Source of the DNA: an uncultured Pirellulaceae bacterium
Lineage (GTDB): Bacteria > Planctomycetota > Planctomycetia > Pirellulales > Pirellulaceae
DNA: 64,000 nt
Direction: 5' to 3'
Assembly (NCBI GenBank): GCA_964453205.1
Contig: CAYVRC010000005.1
Span: 12,421 to 76,420 of the forward strand
Part shown: one piece after another, positions 35,812-46,100 of the stretch
Numbering within the stretch: position 1 is the first letter of the stretch
Layout: each line of letters starts with the position of its first letter
The notes under the pieces: generated by a model
Told to the model about the DNA's origin: nothing
The model's database searches: none
Seen by the model: only the letters and a program-made list of their open reading frames with translations
Made by a program: the position numbers and the translations under genes

Positions 35812-37638
35812 TTAAGACGTCAAGATCGAAAAACCGGCATGCCCGATGCCCATGAGCGCTTCGCCGACGATCAGACCGGCGGCGAAGGGCACCAGTTTGT
35901 GTTCGCAAAACCAGACGCCTTTGCGTCGCCGGATCGCCATCTGCAACAGACATCCGATGCCATAACCCAGCGTGATGCTGAACGGAAGGTACATCGCCAG
36001 TCCCACCAGTACGCCCAGTCCACCGATCGGGGCCGCACCGAGCACGACGCCGACCAACCCGCCCAACGCGTATTTGTCGATCGGCACGTTGCCGGTGTTG
36101 ACCGCTTCGATGATGCCCATCAACGCGCCGCCTTGCGGTGCGGGCAAGGCGGTGCCTTCGCCGAATCCGCCGGCACCATCGGGTCCGCCGTGCCACAAAA
36201 TGGAAATCGTCCCCAAAGCGATCAACGGCCCCAGCCACGTCGTCGCGAACTGGGCGATCTGTTGGCGAATCGGCCTGGCACCGATCAGGAATCCGGTTTT
36301 CAAATCTTGCATCATGTCGGCACCTTGCCCGATCGCCACGCACACCGCGACGCCCACGACCATCGACGCGGCGATGTTCTTGTTCAGCAGGAACATCATC
36401 AGCGTCACCGAGATCAAGGCCATGCCTGACATCGGTGAAATGTCGGTCAGTCCGGTGGCTTGGGCGACGATCAGGGACGCCAGACCCAACCACAGCGTGC
36501 CGACGATCGCGGACAACAAGGCTTGGAAAACCGTCACGCCGGGCGTCAGCATGGAAGCGAGAAAGAACAAGGCGACGGCCAGAAGGGTACCGCCGATCAG
36601 CACCGGTAGTTTGAGTTCATCGCCGCCGACGACTTTGCCACTGCCGGCCGTTTTGGTCGCCGCCGCCAACGATCCGATCGCACCGCGAATCGCCGGAAAC
36701 GCCGTCACCACACCCATCAACGCGCCGCCGATCAGCACGCCGATCCCCAGGGGACGCAGCATCTGACCGTAGATGAAACCCGTCAGCTCCGACGGATCAC
36801 CACCGGGTGTCCAACCGAGTCCCACCGAAGCGGGCGCGATCAACCACCACGAGACCATCCCGCCGATCAAGAACGGCAGTCCGCCACGCCCGGCCAACAG
36901 ACCCGCCGCCAAATTCATCAGCGAAAGATAAACCGCGGGGGCGAAATAAGCCGGCACTACGCCGAATCCGAAGTGCAGTTCCTCCGCTTCGATCCCGAAA
37001 CCCGATGATGCCACCAATTCCGGCGTTTCGAAAATCTGAGAAACCATCACCAGTTTCCATAACGCACTGACCACGCAGCCCAGCGCCAGCAACTTCGCCT
37101 TTTCCATCCCCGACGACCCGGCACGGATGATCGTCGCGGTCGCCACGCCCGACGGAAAACGCAACCGATCCAGTTCGATCATTTGTTTGCGGAGCGGAAT
37201 GATCGCCACGACACCCAACACCGCGCCGGCGATTCCGGCGATCGCCAGGGGCAACAGATCGATGTCCAGTCCCGGTTGTCCCTGGCTGCGACGTGCCGCG
37301 TCCAACATGAACAACGCCGGAACCGTGAACACGATCCCGGTACCGGCCGTGTTGATGCCCGACGCGACGGTTTGGTTGATGTTATTTTCGACCATCGTGC
37401 CGCCACGAAACACGCCCCGCAGCAACGCGTAGCCCATGATCGACGCCACGGTCGACCCGCCGATCGAAAACCCCAGCTTCAGCGCCGCGTACACGAACGC
37501 GACGTTCAGGACGACGCCTTGAATGAACCCCAGCAGTAGCGATCGTGTCGTCAGTTCGCGATACACGGGACTTTCCGATGTCGAATCGGCTCGGGGGGCG
37601 GGTGCTTGTTCGTTTGTCGCGTTGGGGTCACTTACCAA
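35812..37638 (-). CDS. OPT-family oligopeptide transporter
   Basis: This is a ~16-TM protein with SIGGSTVASIMGYALL, a Gly-rich helix pattern and MMQDLKTGFLIGARP, typical of the bacterial OPT superfamily. Confidence 0.8.
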   Translation of the reverse strand: MVSDPNATNEQAPAPRADSTSESPVYRELTTRSLLLGFIQGVVLNVAFVYAALKLGFSIGGSTVASIMGYALLRGVFRGGTMVENNINQTVASGINTAGTGIVFTVPALFMLDAARRSQGQPGLDIDLLPLAIAGIAGAVLGVVAIIPLRKQMIELDRLRFPSGVATATIIRAGSSGMEKAKLLALGCVVSALWKLVMVSQIFETPELVASSGFGIEAEELHFGFGVVPAYFAPAVYLSLMNLAAGLLAGRGGLPFLIGGMVSWWLIAPASVGLGWTPGGDPSELTGFIYGQMLRPLGIGVLIGGALMGVVTAFPAIRGAIGSLAAATKTAGSGKVVGGDELKLPVLIGGTLLAVALFFLASMLTPGVTVFQALLSAIVGTLWLGLASLIVAQATGLTDISPMSGMALISVTLMMFLLNKNIAASMVVGVAVCVAIGQGADMMQDLKTGFLIGARPIRQQIAQFATTWLGPLIALGTISILWHGGPDGAGGFGEGTALPAPQGGALMGIIEAVNTGNVPIDKYALGGLVGVVLGAAPIGGLGVLVGLAMYLPFSITLGYGIGCLLQMAIRRRKGVWFCEHKLVPFAAGLIVGEALMGIGHAGFSILTS

Positions 37639-37903
37639 GCAAACATTCCTTTCCTCAGGGGTGGCGGCACGGTTCGCCCGACGGCAAGACTTGGTCGGCG
37701 AGCGGATCGCTCACCGATGACTCAAAGTTCGCTCGAAAGCGAAAGCAAAAAAAGTTTAGCGTATCCGGCCCACCGATGGACGCGCCGCCGATCCGCCGCA
37801 GAGCCAAAAAACCTCAGACCCCGGAAACGACGGGCAGCGACCGCCGAACCCCGAACCCTGTTCGGCGATCCCTTGTCCGAGCCTCCACCGCGACGTCTCC
37901 GAT

Positions 37904-37935
37904 TCGACAATGAACCACAACGACAATGAACCACA
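37904..37935 (+). repeat. perfect 16-bp tandem duplication (cgacaatgaaccacaa x2) at the 5' end of the GNAT gene
   Basis: It can be read directly: 37904-37919 is identical to 37920-37935. Each copy carries an ATG (37910 in frame with the GNAT ORF; 37926 out of frame). Confidence 0.9.
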
Positions 37936-39202
37936 AGAAAGCTCCATCATGGTAGACGCCGACATTCGCGTCGTCTCGATCGCGCAGATCGAAGCCTCCG
38001 GCGGCGGGACCGCGGAGGCCCTGGATCGCTACGTCGACATCGCCCAGGAGTCCTTGTTGGGACACAGCCTGGAAACTTGGACGCTGTACCTGGATCGGAT
38101 CGACCGCCGGAACGTCCGTTTGGTTTACAGGGATGACCGACTGGCGGGCGGTTTGGCGTTTTACCGGATGCACCACGTCTTCGGCGGGCGTGAAGTTTCC
38201 GCGGCCGGAATCTCCGGTGTCGCCATCGATCCCGCCTGTCGTGGCTCCGACGTCTGTGCGAACTTGCTACGCGACACGCTGCGTGAGCTGGGCGAGGAGG
38301 GTGTTGCGATCGCTTCGCTGTACGCCTCGACGCAACACCTTTATCGCGGCGTCGGATTTGAACAGGCCGGTTCGCGAACCGAGTACGTCTTGCCGCTGCG
38401 TTCTTTGCCGCGGCCGGATCGTTCGTTGTCATGCACCCGCCGCGAACCACCTCCGCTGGCTTCGGTCCGGCATGCCCATCGGGTTTGGGCGGAAAACAAC
38501 AGCGGCAATCTCATTCGCACCGACGGTTTGTGGGATCGCCTGTTTCGGCCTTACGACGGTTTGCGATGTGTCACCTATTTGTTCGGTGATCCGGAGCAAC
38601 CCGAAGGCTACGTCATTCTGAAACAGGCCGGTCGTCAATCCGGGTTGCCGGCGGAGCTGGTGGCGACGGACTATGCCGTCAATACGCCCGCTGCGCTCGA
38701 TCGGCTGATGGCGTTGTTGCACGATCATCGTTCGATGTTCGACCGGTTCCGTTGGTTCGGTGGTCCTCAAGATCCACTGTTGGCTTCGGCAAGCGAATTG
38801 TGGATGGAGGTCCAAGAGACGCTCCGTTGGATGATTCGTGTGTTGGACATGAAGACGGCGTTTTCATCGCGTGGCTATCCGTCGACCCTTAACGGCGAGG
38901 TGCATCTGGAAATCCGAGACGATCTGCTGCCGTCCAACGCGGGCCTTTGGCGATTCACTTGGAATCACGGCCGGCTGTCGATCGAGCGGAGTTCGCCGAA
39001 CGATTCGGCCGCGTCGAACGATTCTTTTCCGTCGAACCGAATTCGCACGGACGCGCGTTGGTTGGCACCCCTGTATTCGGGTTTCTTGACGGCCAGTCAA
39101 CTTCGACGACTCGGCAAACTGGAGGGCGGGGACTCCGCGGCAGTCGCGGTCCTGGACGCGGCGTTTGCCGGGCCGAGTCCGTGGCTCAGTGAGATTTTCT
39201 GA
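37910..39202 (+). CDS. Eis-like GNAT N-acetyltransferase with SCP2-like C-terminal domain
   Basis: The GNAT core is GISGVAIDPACRGSDVCANLLRDTLRELGEEGVAIASLYASTQHLYRGVGFEQAG. The long C-terminus (NGEVHLEIRDDLLPSNAGLWRF) is Eis/SCP2-like. The alternative start is MVDADIRVV at 37949. Confidence 0.7.
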   Translation: MNHNDNEPQESSIMVDADIRVVSIAQIEASGGGTAEALDRYVDIAQESLLGHSLETWTLYLDRIDRRNVRLVYRDDRLAGGLAFYRMHHVFGGREVSAAGISGVAIDPACRGSDVCANLLRDTLRELGEEGVAIASLYASTQHLYRGVGFEQAGSRTEYVLPLRSLPRPDRSLSCTRREPPPLASVRHAHRVWAENNSGNLIRTDGLWDRLFRPYDGLRCVTYLFGDPEQPEGYVILKQAGRQSGLPAELVATDYAVNTPAALDRLMALLHDHRSMFDRFRWFGGPQDPLLASASELWMEVQETLRWMIRVLDMKTAFSSRGYPSTLNGEVHLEIRDDLLPSNAGLWRFTWNHGRLSIERSSPNDSAASNDSFPSNRIRTDARWLAPLYSGFLTASQLRRLGKLEGGDSAAVAVLDAAFAGPSPWLSEIF

Positions 39203-39288
39203 GCCCGCTTTCGTGACACGGCGTGACGGCAGTGGCATAATCAAGGACTCACTTGAAAGTGACCGCTTGCCACAAGCCGGAGAAATCC

Positions 39289-39804
39289 ATGAACCCGTCC
39301 ATGTTCTTTCTAGGACGTTCACCCGATGCCGAGGTGGTGATCATCGAAGGAAAAGGGCTCCGCCGGCAAAGCGAATACCTGAAGTCTTTGTTCGAAGACG
39401 CGACGGAGGGACAAGACGAAAATCAGGTTTCCGATCGGCCGCTCGTCGTCATGCTGGATCGCTGTGACTATCTGGACAGCACGTTTTTGGGCGGACTGGT
39501 GCGGCTTTCCAAGCAAAACGCCCACAAGGAGACCCGGACGCTGCGGATCGTTGCCGGCCCCGAGACGGTCAAGCGTTTGTTCGGAGCGTGCAAGCTGCAA
39601 AAATACTTGCCGGTCCAAGATTCGTTCTCCGGCCGGACGCCGACACAGTGGCAGGCGGTCGATCTGGATCAAGCGGGCGAGGATTGCGTGTATCACCAGT
39701 TGGAATCTCACGAAGCGTTGGCCGAACTGGACATCCCGCAATCCGACGCGTTTCACCGGATCGCCGAGAACATCCGCAAGGAATTGCAAGCCCGCGAGGG
39801 CTGA
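39289..39804 (+). CDS. STAS-domain protein (anti-sigma-factor-antagonist-like)
   Basis: The pattern VVIIEGKGL...LVVMLDRCDYLDSTFLGGLVRL...LRIVAGPETVKRLF matches STAS/SpoIIAA architecture. The start is trimmed to MNPSMFF (39289); track start is 39253. Confidence 0.6.
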   Translation: MNPSMFFLGRSPDAEVVIIEGKGLRRQSEYLKSLFEDATEGQDENQVSDRPLVVMLDRCDYLDSTFLGGLVRLSKQNAHKETRTLRIVAGPETVKRLFGACKLQKYLPVQDSFSGRTPTQWQAVDLDQAGEDCVYHQLESHEALAELDIPQSDAFHRIAENIRKELQAREG

Positions 39805-39857
39805 TCGGCCGCGTCGGTTCTTAAAAACCCTGCTTCATCGATCCGAGTTCCCCCCCC

Positions 39858-41165
39858 GTGATGCGATTCACACCTCCCGCCGTTGCCGGTCTGGCTTTCT
39901 TTTTGTTGGTCGGGCCGATGACCACGGCGATCAAGTCCGAAACGATTCACATCGGTCCGCAAGACGACTGGTTCGGCGTGCTTTCGGGATCCTCGCTTCG
40001 GCCCGGCGACGAAGTCGTGTTGGCGGCGGGAACGTACAGCGATCCCCGCAAACTTTCGATCCGTCATCGTGGCACCGTCGACCGACCGATCAAGATTCGA
40101 GTCGAACCCGGCAGACCGGCGACCTTCGCCCGACCCGATGCGACGCAGAACACGTTCAATCTGAGCGGCGCTCAGTACCTGATCCTGGAGGGCTTGGAGA
40201 TCACCGGCGGGGCGGCCGGTGTTCGCATCGGAGGTGACGGTGCACGGCAAGCCAAGTTCATCACTTTGCAAGGCCTGCACATCCATCACGTCGGTGGCGT
40301 TGCGGTGACGGCCAATGAGCCCGGACAGGTTTACCAATCGCTGGTCTTTCGCGGCAATCACATCCATCACACCAGCGGACACGGCGAAGGTTTCTATCTG
40401 GGCAGCAACAACGACGCCGACGGGGCGACGACGGGCTACATCTTCGATTCGCTGATCGAAGGCAATTACATTCACCATCTCAACGGTGATGCGGTCAGCC
40501 AAGGCGACGGCATCGAACTCAAGGACGGTTGCTACAACAATGTCATCCGTGACAACGTCATTCACGATACGAACTATCCGGGCATCCTGGTCTACGGAAC
40601 CGACCGACGTGAACCGAACGTGATCGAGCGGAACGCGATTTGGCGGACCGCTGATCATGGCATCCAAGCCGCGGCCGACGCGATCATCCGCAACAACCTT
40701 GTCTGGGAAACGGGTGGCTGGGGAATCTATTGCCGTGACCACCAAAGCGCCGTCGTTGGTGATTTGCGGATCGTCAATAACACGGTTCTTGACCCGCAAT
40801 CGATTCGTATCGTCACAACCGATTCACCCGGCGGGCCGATCCTCGTCGCGAACAACGCCTTGGGGGGAGATCTGCGAATCGATGGGCGGACCACCCGCGA
40901 GGGAACCAACGATCCGCGTCAGCAGATCCAAATGACGAACAACGTCACGGGGGTTCGCGATCGTTTCCCCCGCACCGGTTCGGCGGTCGTCGGTTCGGCC
41001 GATCCGACTTTCCTTCCGCGAGACGATTACAATGCGGACCCGCGCGACGGGTCTCTCGATGCCGGAGCCTATCGTTACGCGGCAGACGGCAACCCCGGTC
41101 CGCCGATCCGTCCCGGCTTCAAAATGACCACTTCGGATCCCACGATTTTGCCGCCGGCGAAATGA
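39858..41165 (+). CDS. exported right-handed parallel beta-helix repeat protein (pectate-lyase/NosD-like fold)
   Basis: It has a signal peptide. Coils with ~22-25-aa periodicity include FRGNHIHHTSGHG, IEGNYIHHLNGD, IRDNVIHDTNYPG, IERNAIWRTADHG, IIRNNLVWETGGWG and IVNNTVLDPQS. Confidence 0.75.
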   Translation: MMRFTPPAVAGLAFFLLVGPMTTAIKSETIHIGPQDDWFGVLSGSSLRPGDEVVLAAGTYSDPRKLSIRHRGTVDRPIKIRVEPGRPATFARPDATQNTFNLSGAQYLILEGLEITGGAAGVRIGGDGARQAKFITLQGLHIHHVGGVAVTANEPGQVYQSLVFRGNHIHHTSGHGEGFYLGSNNDADGATTGYIFDSLIEGNYIHHLNGDAVSQGDGIELKDGCYNNVIRDNVIHDTNYPGILVYGTDRREPNVIERNAIWRTADHGIQAAADAIIRNNLVWETGGWGIYCRDHQSAVVGDLRIVNNTVLDPQSIRIVTTDSPGGPILVANNALGGDLRIDGRTTREGTNDPRQQIQMTNNVTGVRDRFPRTGSAVVGSADPTFLPRDDYNADPRDGSLDAGAYRYAADGNPGPPIRPGFKMTTSDPTILPPAK

Positions 41166-41458
41166 TTCCGTTGGTCGCGATCACTCAAGACGCCTGTTCG
41201 CCGACGTTTGCAGACCCCCTCTCATTTCCTCCGTTCCCGATCGAAGCCATGAAACTCGTCGTCGTCGCGGTACCCGTCCGAACGAGTCCGGTTGCCGTGT
41301 TTGCGGCCACAGCCGAGTTTTCTCCGCGGGTCGACTCCGCCTCCGGGATCACCCGAATCGCCTGGCGGACCCACAGCGATGTCGGCGTCGGCATCAAGTT
41401 TCGCAACACCCGGATGGTGACGGGCACCGAAGCGTTTCGTAGCGGAGAGGCACAATGA
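41162..41458 (+). CDS. hypothetical 98-aa protein bridging the beta-helix and gntP-family genes
   Basis: Both ends form ATGA overlaps with the neighbours (41162-41165 and 41455-41458). Third-codon positions are mostly G/C by hand count, as in the real genes here. I do not recognise a family. Confidence 0.4.
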   Translation: MIPLVAITQDACSPTFADPLSFPPFPIEAMKLVVVAVPVRTSPVAVFAATAEFSPRVDSASGITRIAWRTHSDVGVGIKFRNTRMVTGTEAFRSGEAQ

Positions 41459-42828
41459 CACTGAGCCCCCTCTTGATTCTGTTGATCGGCGTCGCGGTCA
41501 TCATCGGCTCGATTTTGATCCTGCGAATCAACGCGTTCATCGCGTTGATCACCTCGGCGATCGTCGTCAGCCTGTTGTCGCCCGGCGAGATGTCGGAAAA
41601 GATTTCTCGCGTCGCGGCGGCCTTCGGTGCGTCGGCCGGGGGAATCGGCATCGTGATCGCCATGGCGGCCGTGATCGGCAAGTGCTTGATGGACAGCGGC
41701 GCGGCCGATCGCATCGTGTATTCGTTCACCAAGGCACTCGGTCAAAAACGCGCGCCGGTCGCTCTGATGGGCAGCGGGTTCGTGTTGTCGGTTCCCGTGT
41801 TTTTTGACACCGTTTTCTATCTGTTGGTCCCACTGGCACGATCTTTGTATCGGAAGCGGCAAAAGAACTACATCCTTTTCCTGACCGCCATCGTTGCCGG
41901 CGGAGCGGTCACGCACTCGATGGTACCGCCGACACCGGGGCCGCTGGCGATTGCCGACAATTTGGGAATCGATTTAGGGTTGATGATGTTGGTGGGTACG
42001 CTCGTCGCCGTTCCCATGTCCGTCGTCGGCTTGAGCGTTTGTTGGATCTTGAACCGTTGGCAGCCGATTGCGATGCGGCCTTATCCGGGCGAATCCGAGC
42101 CGGTGGCTTTGAGCGAAGAAGAACTACCGCCGCTGGGCATGGCCCTGTTGCCCGTGATCTTGCCGGTCGTCTTGATCGCGACCCACACGATCGCCGTCGC
42201 GGTGTCGGATGCAGCTTCGCCGCGTGGCGAGGCGATCTTGGGCGTAACCGCCGTGCTGGGCAACCCGAGTTTGGCGCTGCTGTTATCAGCGGCGGTGTCG
42301 ATCTTCTTGGTGATGCGGTATCGGGGTCATTCGCGTGATCAGATGTCCGCCTCGGTGGAGCAAGCTTTGATGAGCGGCGGCGTGGTGATTTTGATCACCG
42401 CCGCGGGCGGCGCCTTCGGAAAAATGTTGGCGGCTGCCGGCATTCAAGACGCGGTCGCCGAAACGATGGAAAGCGGAAACTTGGCGACGGGCATTGCCGT
42501 GTTGTTTGCCGCCTTTGCCGTCGCCAGTCTGATGAAATTCGCCCAGGGTTCCGGCACGGTGTCGATGATCACGACATCGTCGATGTTTGCGGCCATGGGA
42601 TTCACCAGCGAAGGTTTGGGATTTCATTTGGTGTACTTGGCCACCGCGATCGGTAGCGGTTCGTTGGTCGGCGACTGGATGAACAACAGCGGTTTTTGGG
42701 TGTTCAGCAAGATGAGCGTCTTGACGACAACCGAAACGCTCAAGACTTGGTCGATCTTGACCGCATCGCTGGGTTGCACGGGATTGGTCGTGACCGTGAT
42801 CGCGGCGGTCGTTTTTCCGTTGGTTTGA
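41455..42828 (+). CDS. GntP-family (gluconate:H+ symporter-type) permease
   Basis: The N-terminus is LLILLIGVAVIIGSILILRINAFIALITSAIVVSL. It has more than 12 TM segments and motifs typical of GntP permeases (GIVIAMAAVIGKCL, GSGTVSMITTSSM). Confidence 0.8.
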   Translation: MTLSPLLILLIGVAVIIGSILILRINAFIALITSAIVVSLLSPGEMSEKISRVAAAFGASAGGIGIVIAMAAVIGKCLMDSGAADRIVYSFTKALGQKRAPVALMGSGFVLSVPVFFDTVFYLLVPLARSLYRKRQKNYILFLTAIVAGGAVTHSMVPPTPGPLAIADNLGIDLGLMMLVGTLVAVPMSVVGLSVCWILNRWQPIAMRPYPGESEPVALSEEELPPLGMALLPVILPVVLIATHTIAVAVSDAASPRGEAILGVTAVLGNPSLALLLSAAVSIFLVMRYRGHSRDQMSASVEQALMSGGVVILITAAGGAFGKMLAAAGIQDAVAETMESGNLATGIAVLFAAFAVASLMKFAQGSGTVSMITTSSMFAAMGFTSEGLGFHLVYLATAIGSGSLVGDWMNNSGFWVFSKMSVLTTTETLKTWSILTASLGCTGLVVTVIAAVVFPLV

Positions 42829-42900
42829 GTTTCCCGACAACGAAGCAAGAAACCGCTGTCCGATCCCCCGCGACCGAGACGCCGACCGGCAAGATTCGCG

Positions 42901-42958
42901 TGGGATAGGCTTCCAGCCTGTCATCAAGCACATCGACAGGCTGGAAGCCTATCCCACG
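42901..42958. repeat. perfect 23-bp inverted repeat (stem-loop), REP-like palindromic element / possible terminator after the permease gene
   Basis: gtgggataggcttccagcctgtc (42901-42923), then a 12-nt loop atcaagcacatc, then gacaggctggaagcctatcccac (42936-42958), which is the exact reverse complement. There is no T-tract. Confidence 0.85.
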
Positions 42959-43192
42959 GGCAACGACGTACAAGACAACCATCCCAAATGGAGGTCAAAC
43001 ATGGACACGATGTGAAGCCGGCTGATGATCAAATTGAAGCCTCCGCAACACGCGATCAATAAGTGTCGGGTTGACTGTAGCGGATGTCGCCAGACTTCCG
43101 ACTCCGAAAAACGGGATCGGATTTTGGACAGACGTCACGGCCGGACGTTAAGCTGAAGAGCCCGCCTTCCCCACCCGCCCGAGATTCCGAGC

Positions 43193-46100
43193 ATGTCGCG
43201 TCCCCGATCTGAACGCTTGCCGTCGAGGTCCGTCTGTTGCGTCAAGCATCGACGGCTTCGGCTCGGTCATGAGTCGTCCTTTGCCAGCTTGCTGTTCGTC
43301 TTTTTCGTTTCCGTTGGGATCAGCCGCGAAGCGGCCGGTGAAGTTGCCGTCGCGCCGGCGGCGGACGTCTTGCAAACCTATTGTTTGGACTGTCACACCG
43401 GTGCCGGCGCGGAAGCCCGACTGGATCTGGAAATGCTCCTGAGTCAGCCCGTCGAACCACGGTGGCAAGATTGGCGACGCGTCGCCCGTGTGTTGGATTC
43501 GCAAGAGATGCCGCCGGAGGACGCGGCGCAGCCGGATGAGTCCGAACGTCGCGAGCTCGGCCGAGCGATCGACGAATCGCTGGAACAACTGTTCCTCTCG
43601 GCCGCCGACGATCCGGGACCGAGCCAGTTGCGGCGACTGACCAATGCCCAGTACGAATACTGTATCGAAGACCTGACCGGCGTCCGATTCGACCTGCGTG
43701 ATCGATTGGTTCCTGACAGCGTCGGCAGCAGCGGCTTCACCAACGCGGCGACCGGCCAGTTCATGCAAGCCGACACCCTGGAACGATATTTAGAAGCCGC
43801 CAAGCAGATCGCCGGCCATGCGGTCCTCGGCGCCGGACCGTTGTACTTTTCCGAACAGGCCGGCGCGACGGGCATGGAATTGGCCTCCATCAAACGGATT
43901 CAGGAAATCTATCGGACCCACGGATTTCGCACCGGGGCGGGTGAGGGTGCCGAACCGTATCGCACGCACCTGTTCGCCCAAGCGTTCGAAGTGGCTTGGC
44001 GATTCCGTCATCGAAAAGCGTTGGGTTTCGAAACCAAAACGCTGGACCGGTGGGCCGCGGAGTCTGACCTGACGCCAGCCTTTGCCCGGCACGTCTGGGA
44101 CACGCTGAACATGCCCGACCCGCCCTATCCGTTGTCGGAGTTGATCGACCGGTGGCAAGCTTGGCCGGAACCGGATGCGATCGGTGGTGACAAGGACGAA
44201 GCGGTCGGCAAACTTGCCGGTCAGCTTGATCAACACATGAGGTCGTTGCAGGAACGACTGGCGGGTTCGGCATCTGCCGAGGAAGAGGCGGCGCTGCTGA
44301 CTTGGAATTCGATCGAGATCCCCGATGCCAAGACGTTTTTGGTGACCGCGCGGCGGCGACTGCTCCGCAAAGACGACGGCAACTTCACGCTCGATCTGAA
44401 CAACGCCGACTTGTTTGACAAGGACGGCACCGTCCTGTTGCGGATCTCGGTCGAATCGGCGGACCAAACCGAACAGGTATCCTCCGCGGTCGTGATCTTC
44501 GAAAACCCGGAATTCAAGATTCGCTACAACGATCGCTCGGACTCGGCCGAGGTGCCCTTGGCCCGGGTCATCAAGCCGGAATCGTTACGCGACCTGAACC
44601 CGGGAAGCAATCCGGACGGCGAAGCGATCACGTCGAGCGATTTCGTGGTGGGGACCGGACAAACCAGAACGATTGCGATCGAGTTGCCCGAGGACAGCCG
44701 ATCGGGACAATTGACCCTTCACGCCCGCTTGGATCAAAAATTGGGCCGCGACCGTATCGTTCGCGTCGTCATCGATGACGTCACGAATTCTCGCGTGCGA
44801 AGCTACTCGTCGCTGCTGCGCGACCAATCCAGTGAAGCGATGAGTGACTGGGAATCGGGACTGGAAACCTTCGCCGCATCGCTGCCTCAGATTTCCCACG
44901 GCGAACCGGCCCCTTCAGACCGCGATCCGATCCCCCGACCGTTCGACGCGACCTACAACACGAGCGAGCGGAACTATTTTCATACGGCGGTCAAATACTA
45001 CCGCGACGATGATTTCTTGGTCCGCTATCTGTTGACACCCGACGTCGCCAGAGAATTGCAGACGGCCTGGACGGATCTGTTGACCTCGTTCGACTTTCAC
45101 GACGTGAACCTCCGTTTCGTCGTGTCGCGGTATCAGCTCGCGGAGCCTGATCGGCCGGACCAATCGGCTCTTCGCGTCGCATCGTTGACGCCGGAGTGGA
45201 TCGAATCTTTGCCCGAAGAACCACGGAGTTTCATCGCAGCCTACAAGGCCGAATACGACGCGATGCACAGCGCCCGTCGGTCGGCCCAGACGCGACATTT
45301 GCAAGACTTGATCGAGTTCGCGTCGCGTGCGTGGCGACAGCCTTTGGATGCGCATCAAAAACAAACACTCAAGGCTTTCTATCAAACTCAACGTGACGAA
45401 CAGGGTCTGGATCATGAGGAAGCCGTTCGTGCGACGATCGCACGAATCTTGGTCAGCCCCGAATTTCTTTACCTGGGCGAACACGTCGCCGACGGGGACG
45501 GTCCGGCGCGTCTGAGTGATTTCGAACTGGCGGGTCGAATGGCTGCGGTGCTGTGGTCATCGCTCCCCGACGCTTCGCTGCTGCAAGCGGCCGAATCGGG
45601 GGCGTTGTCGAAACCGGATGAATTGAAGGCTCAGGTCTTGCGGATGACGGCTTCCCCGAAGACGCGACGATTCGCGGACGAATTTTTCGGACAGTGGCTG
45701 GGTTTTTATCAATTCGATCGCTTCCGAGGCGTCGATACGAATCAGTTCCCTGAATTCGACGACGATTTGAAGGAATCGTTGCACGACGAAGCGATCTCGT
45801 TCTTCGAATACCTGATCCGCCAAGACCGTCCCTATCACGAAATCTTGACGGCCGATTTCGCCTTTTTGAACCCGACGATCGCCCGGCATTACGGCATCGA
45901 ATGGGACGCGGGCGAGGGCGGGGGCGATCAGATTCGCTTGGTCGATGACGTCACCGATCATCATCGCGGCGGGGTTTTGTCCTTGGGGGCGCTGTTGACC
46001 GCGACGTCGGCACCGCTTCGGACCAGTCCCGTCAAACGCGGGGATTGGATCCTACGTCGCTTGCTGGGCACGCCCGTTCCGCCACCACCGGCCGACGCCG

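Noticed and set aside
35801-36493. Upstream 231 codons of track ORF 35228..36493
   Set aside because: They overlap the OPT transporter gene out of frame and are extremely Arg-rich. The plausible protein begins at MRLLAYL (35800).
39753-40799. 348-aa minus-strand ORF opposite the beta-helix gene
   Set aside because: It is an antisense shadow. The periodic beta-helix repeats appear only in the + frame.
43382-43396. CxxCH motif (CLDCH) as evidence for a respiratory c-type cytochrome
   Set aside because: The motif sits in a large DUF1592-type protein where such motifs are a family feature. No cytochrome maturation or respiratory context is present, so I kept it as a family marker only.
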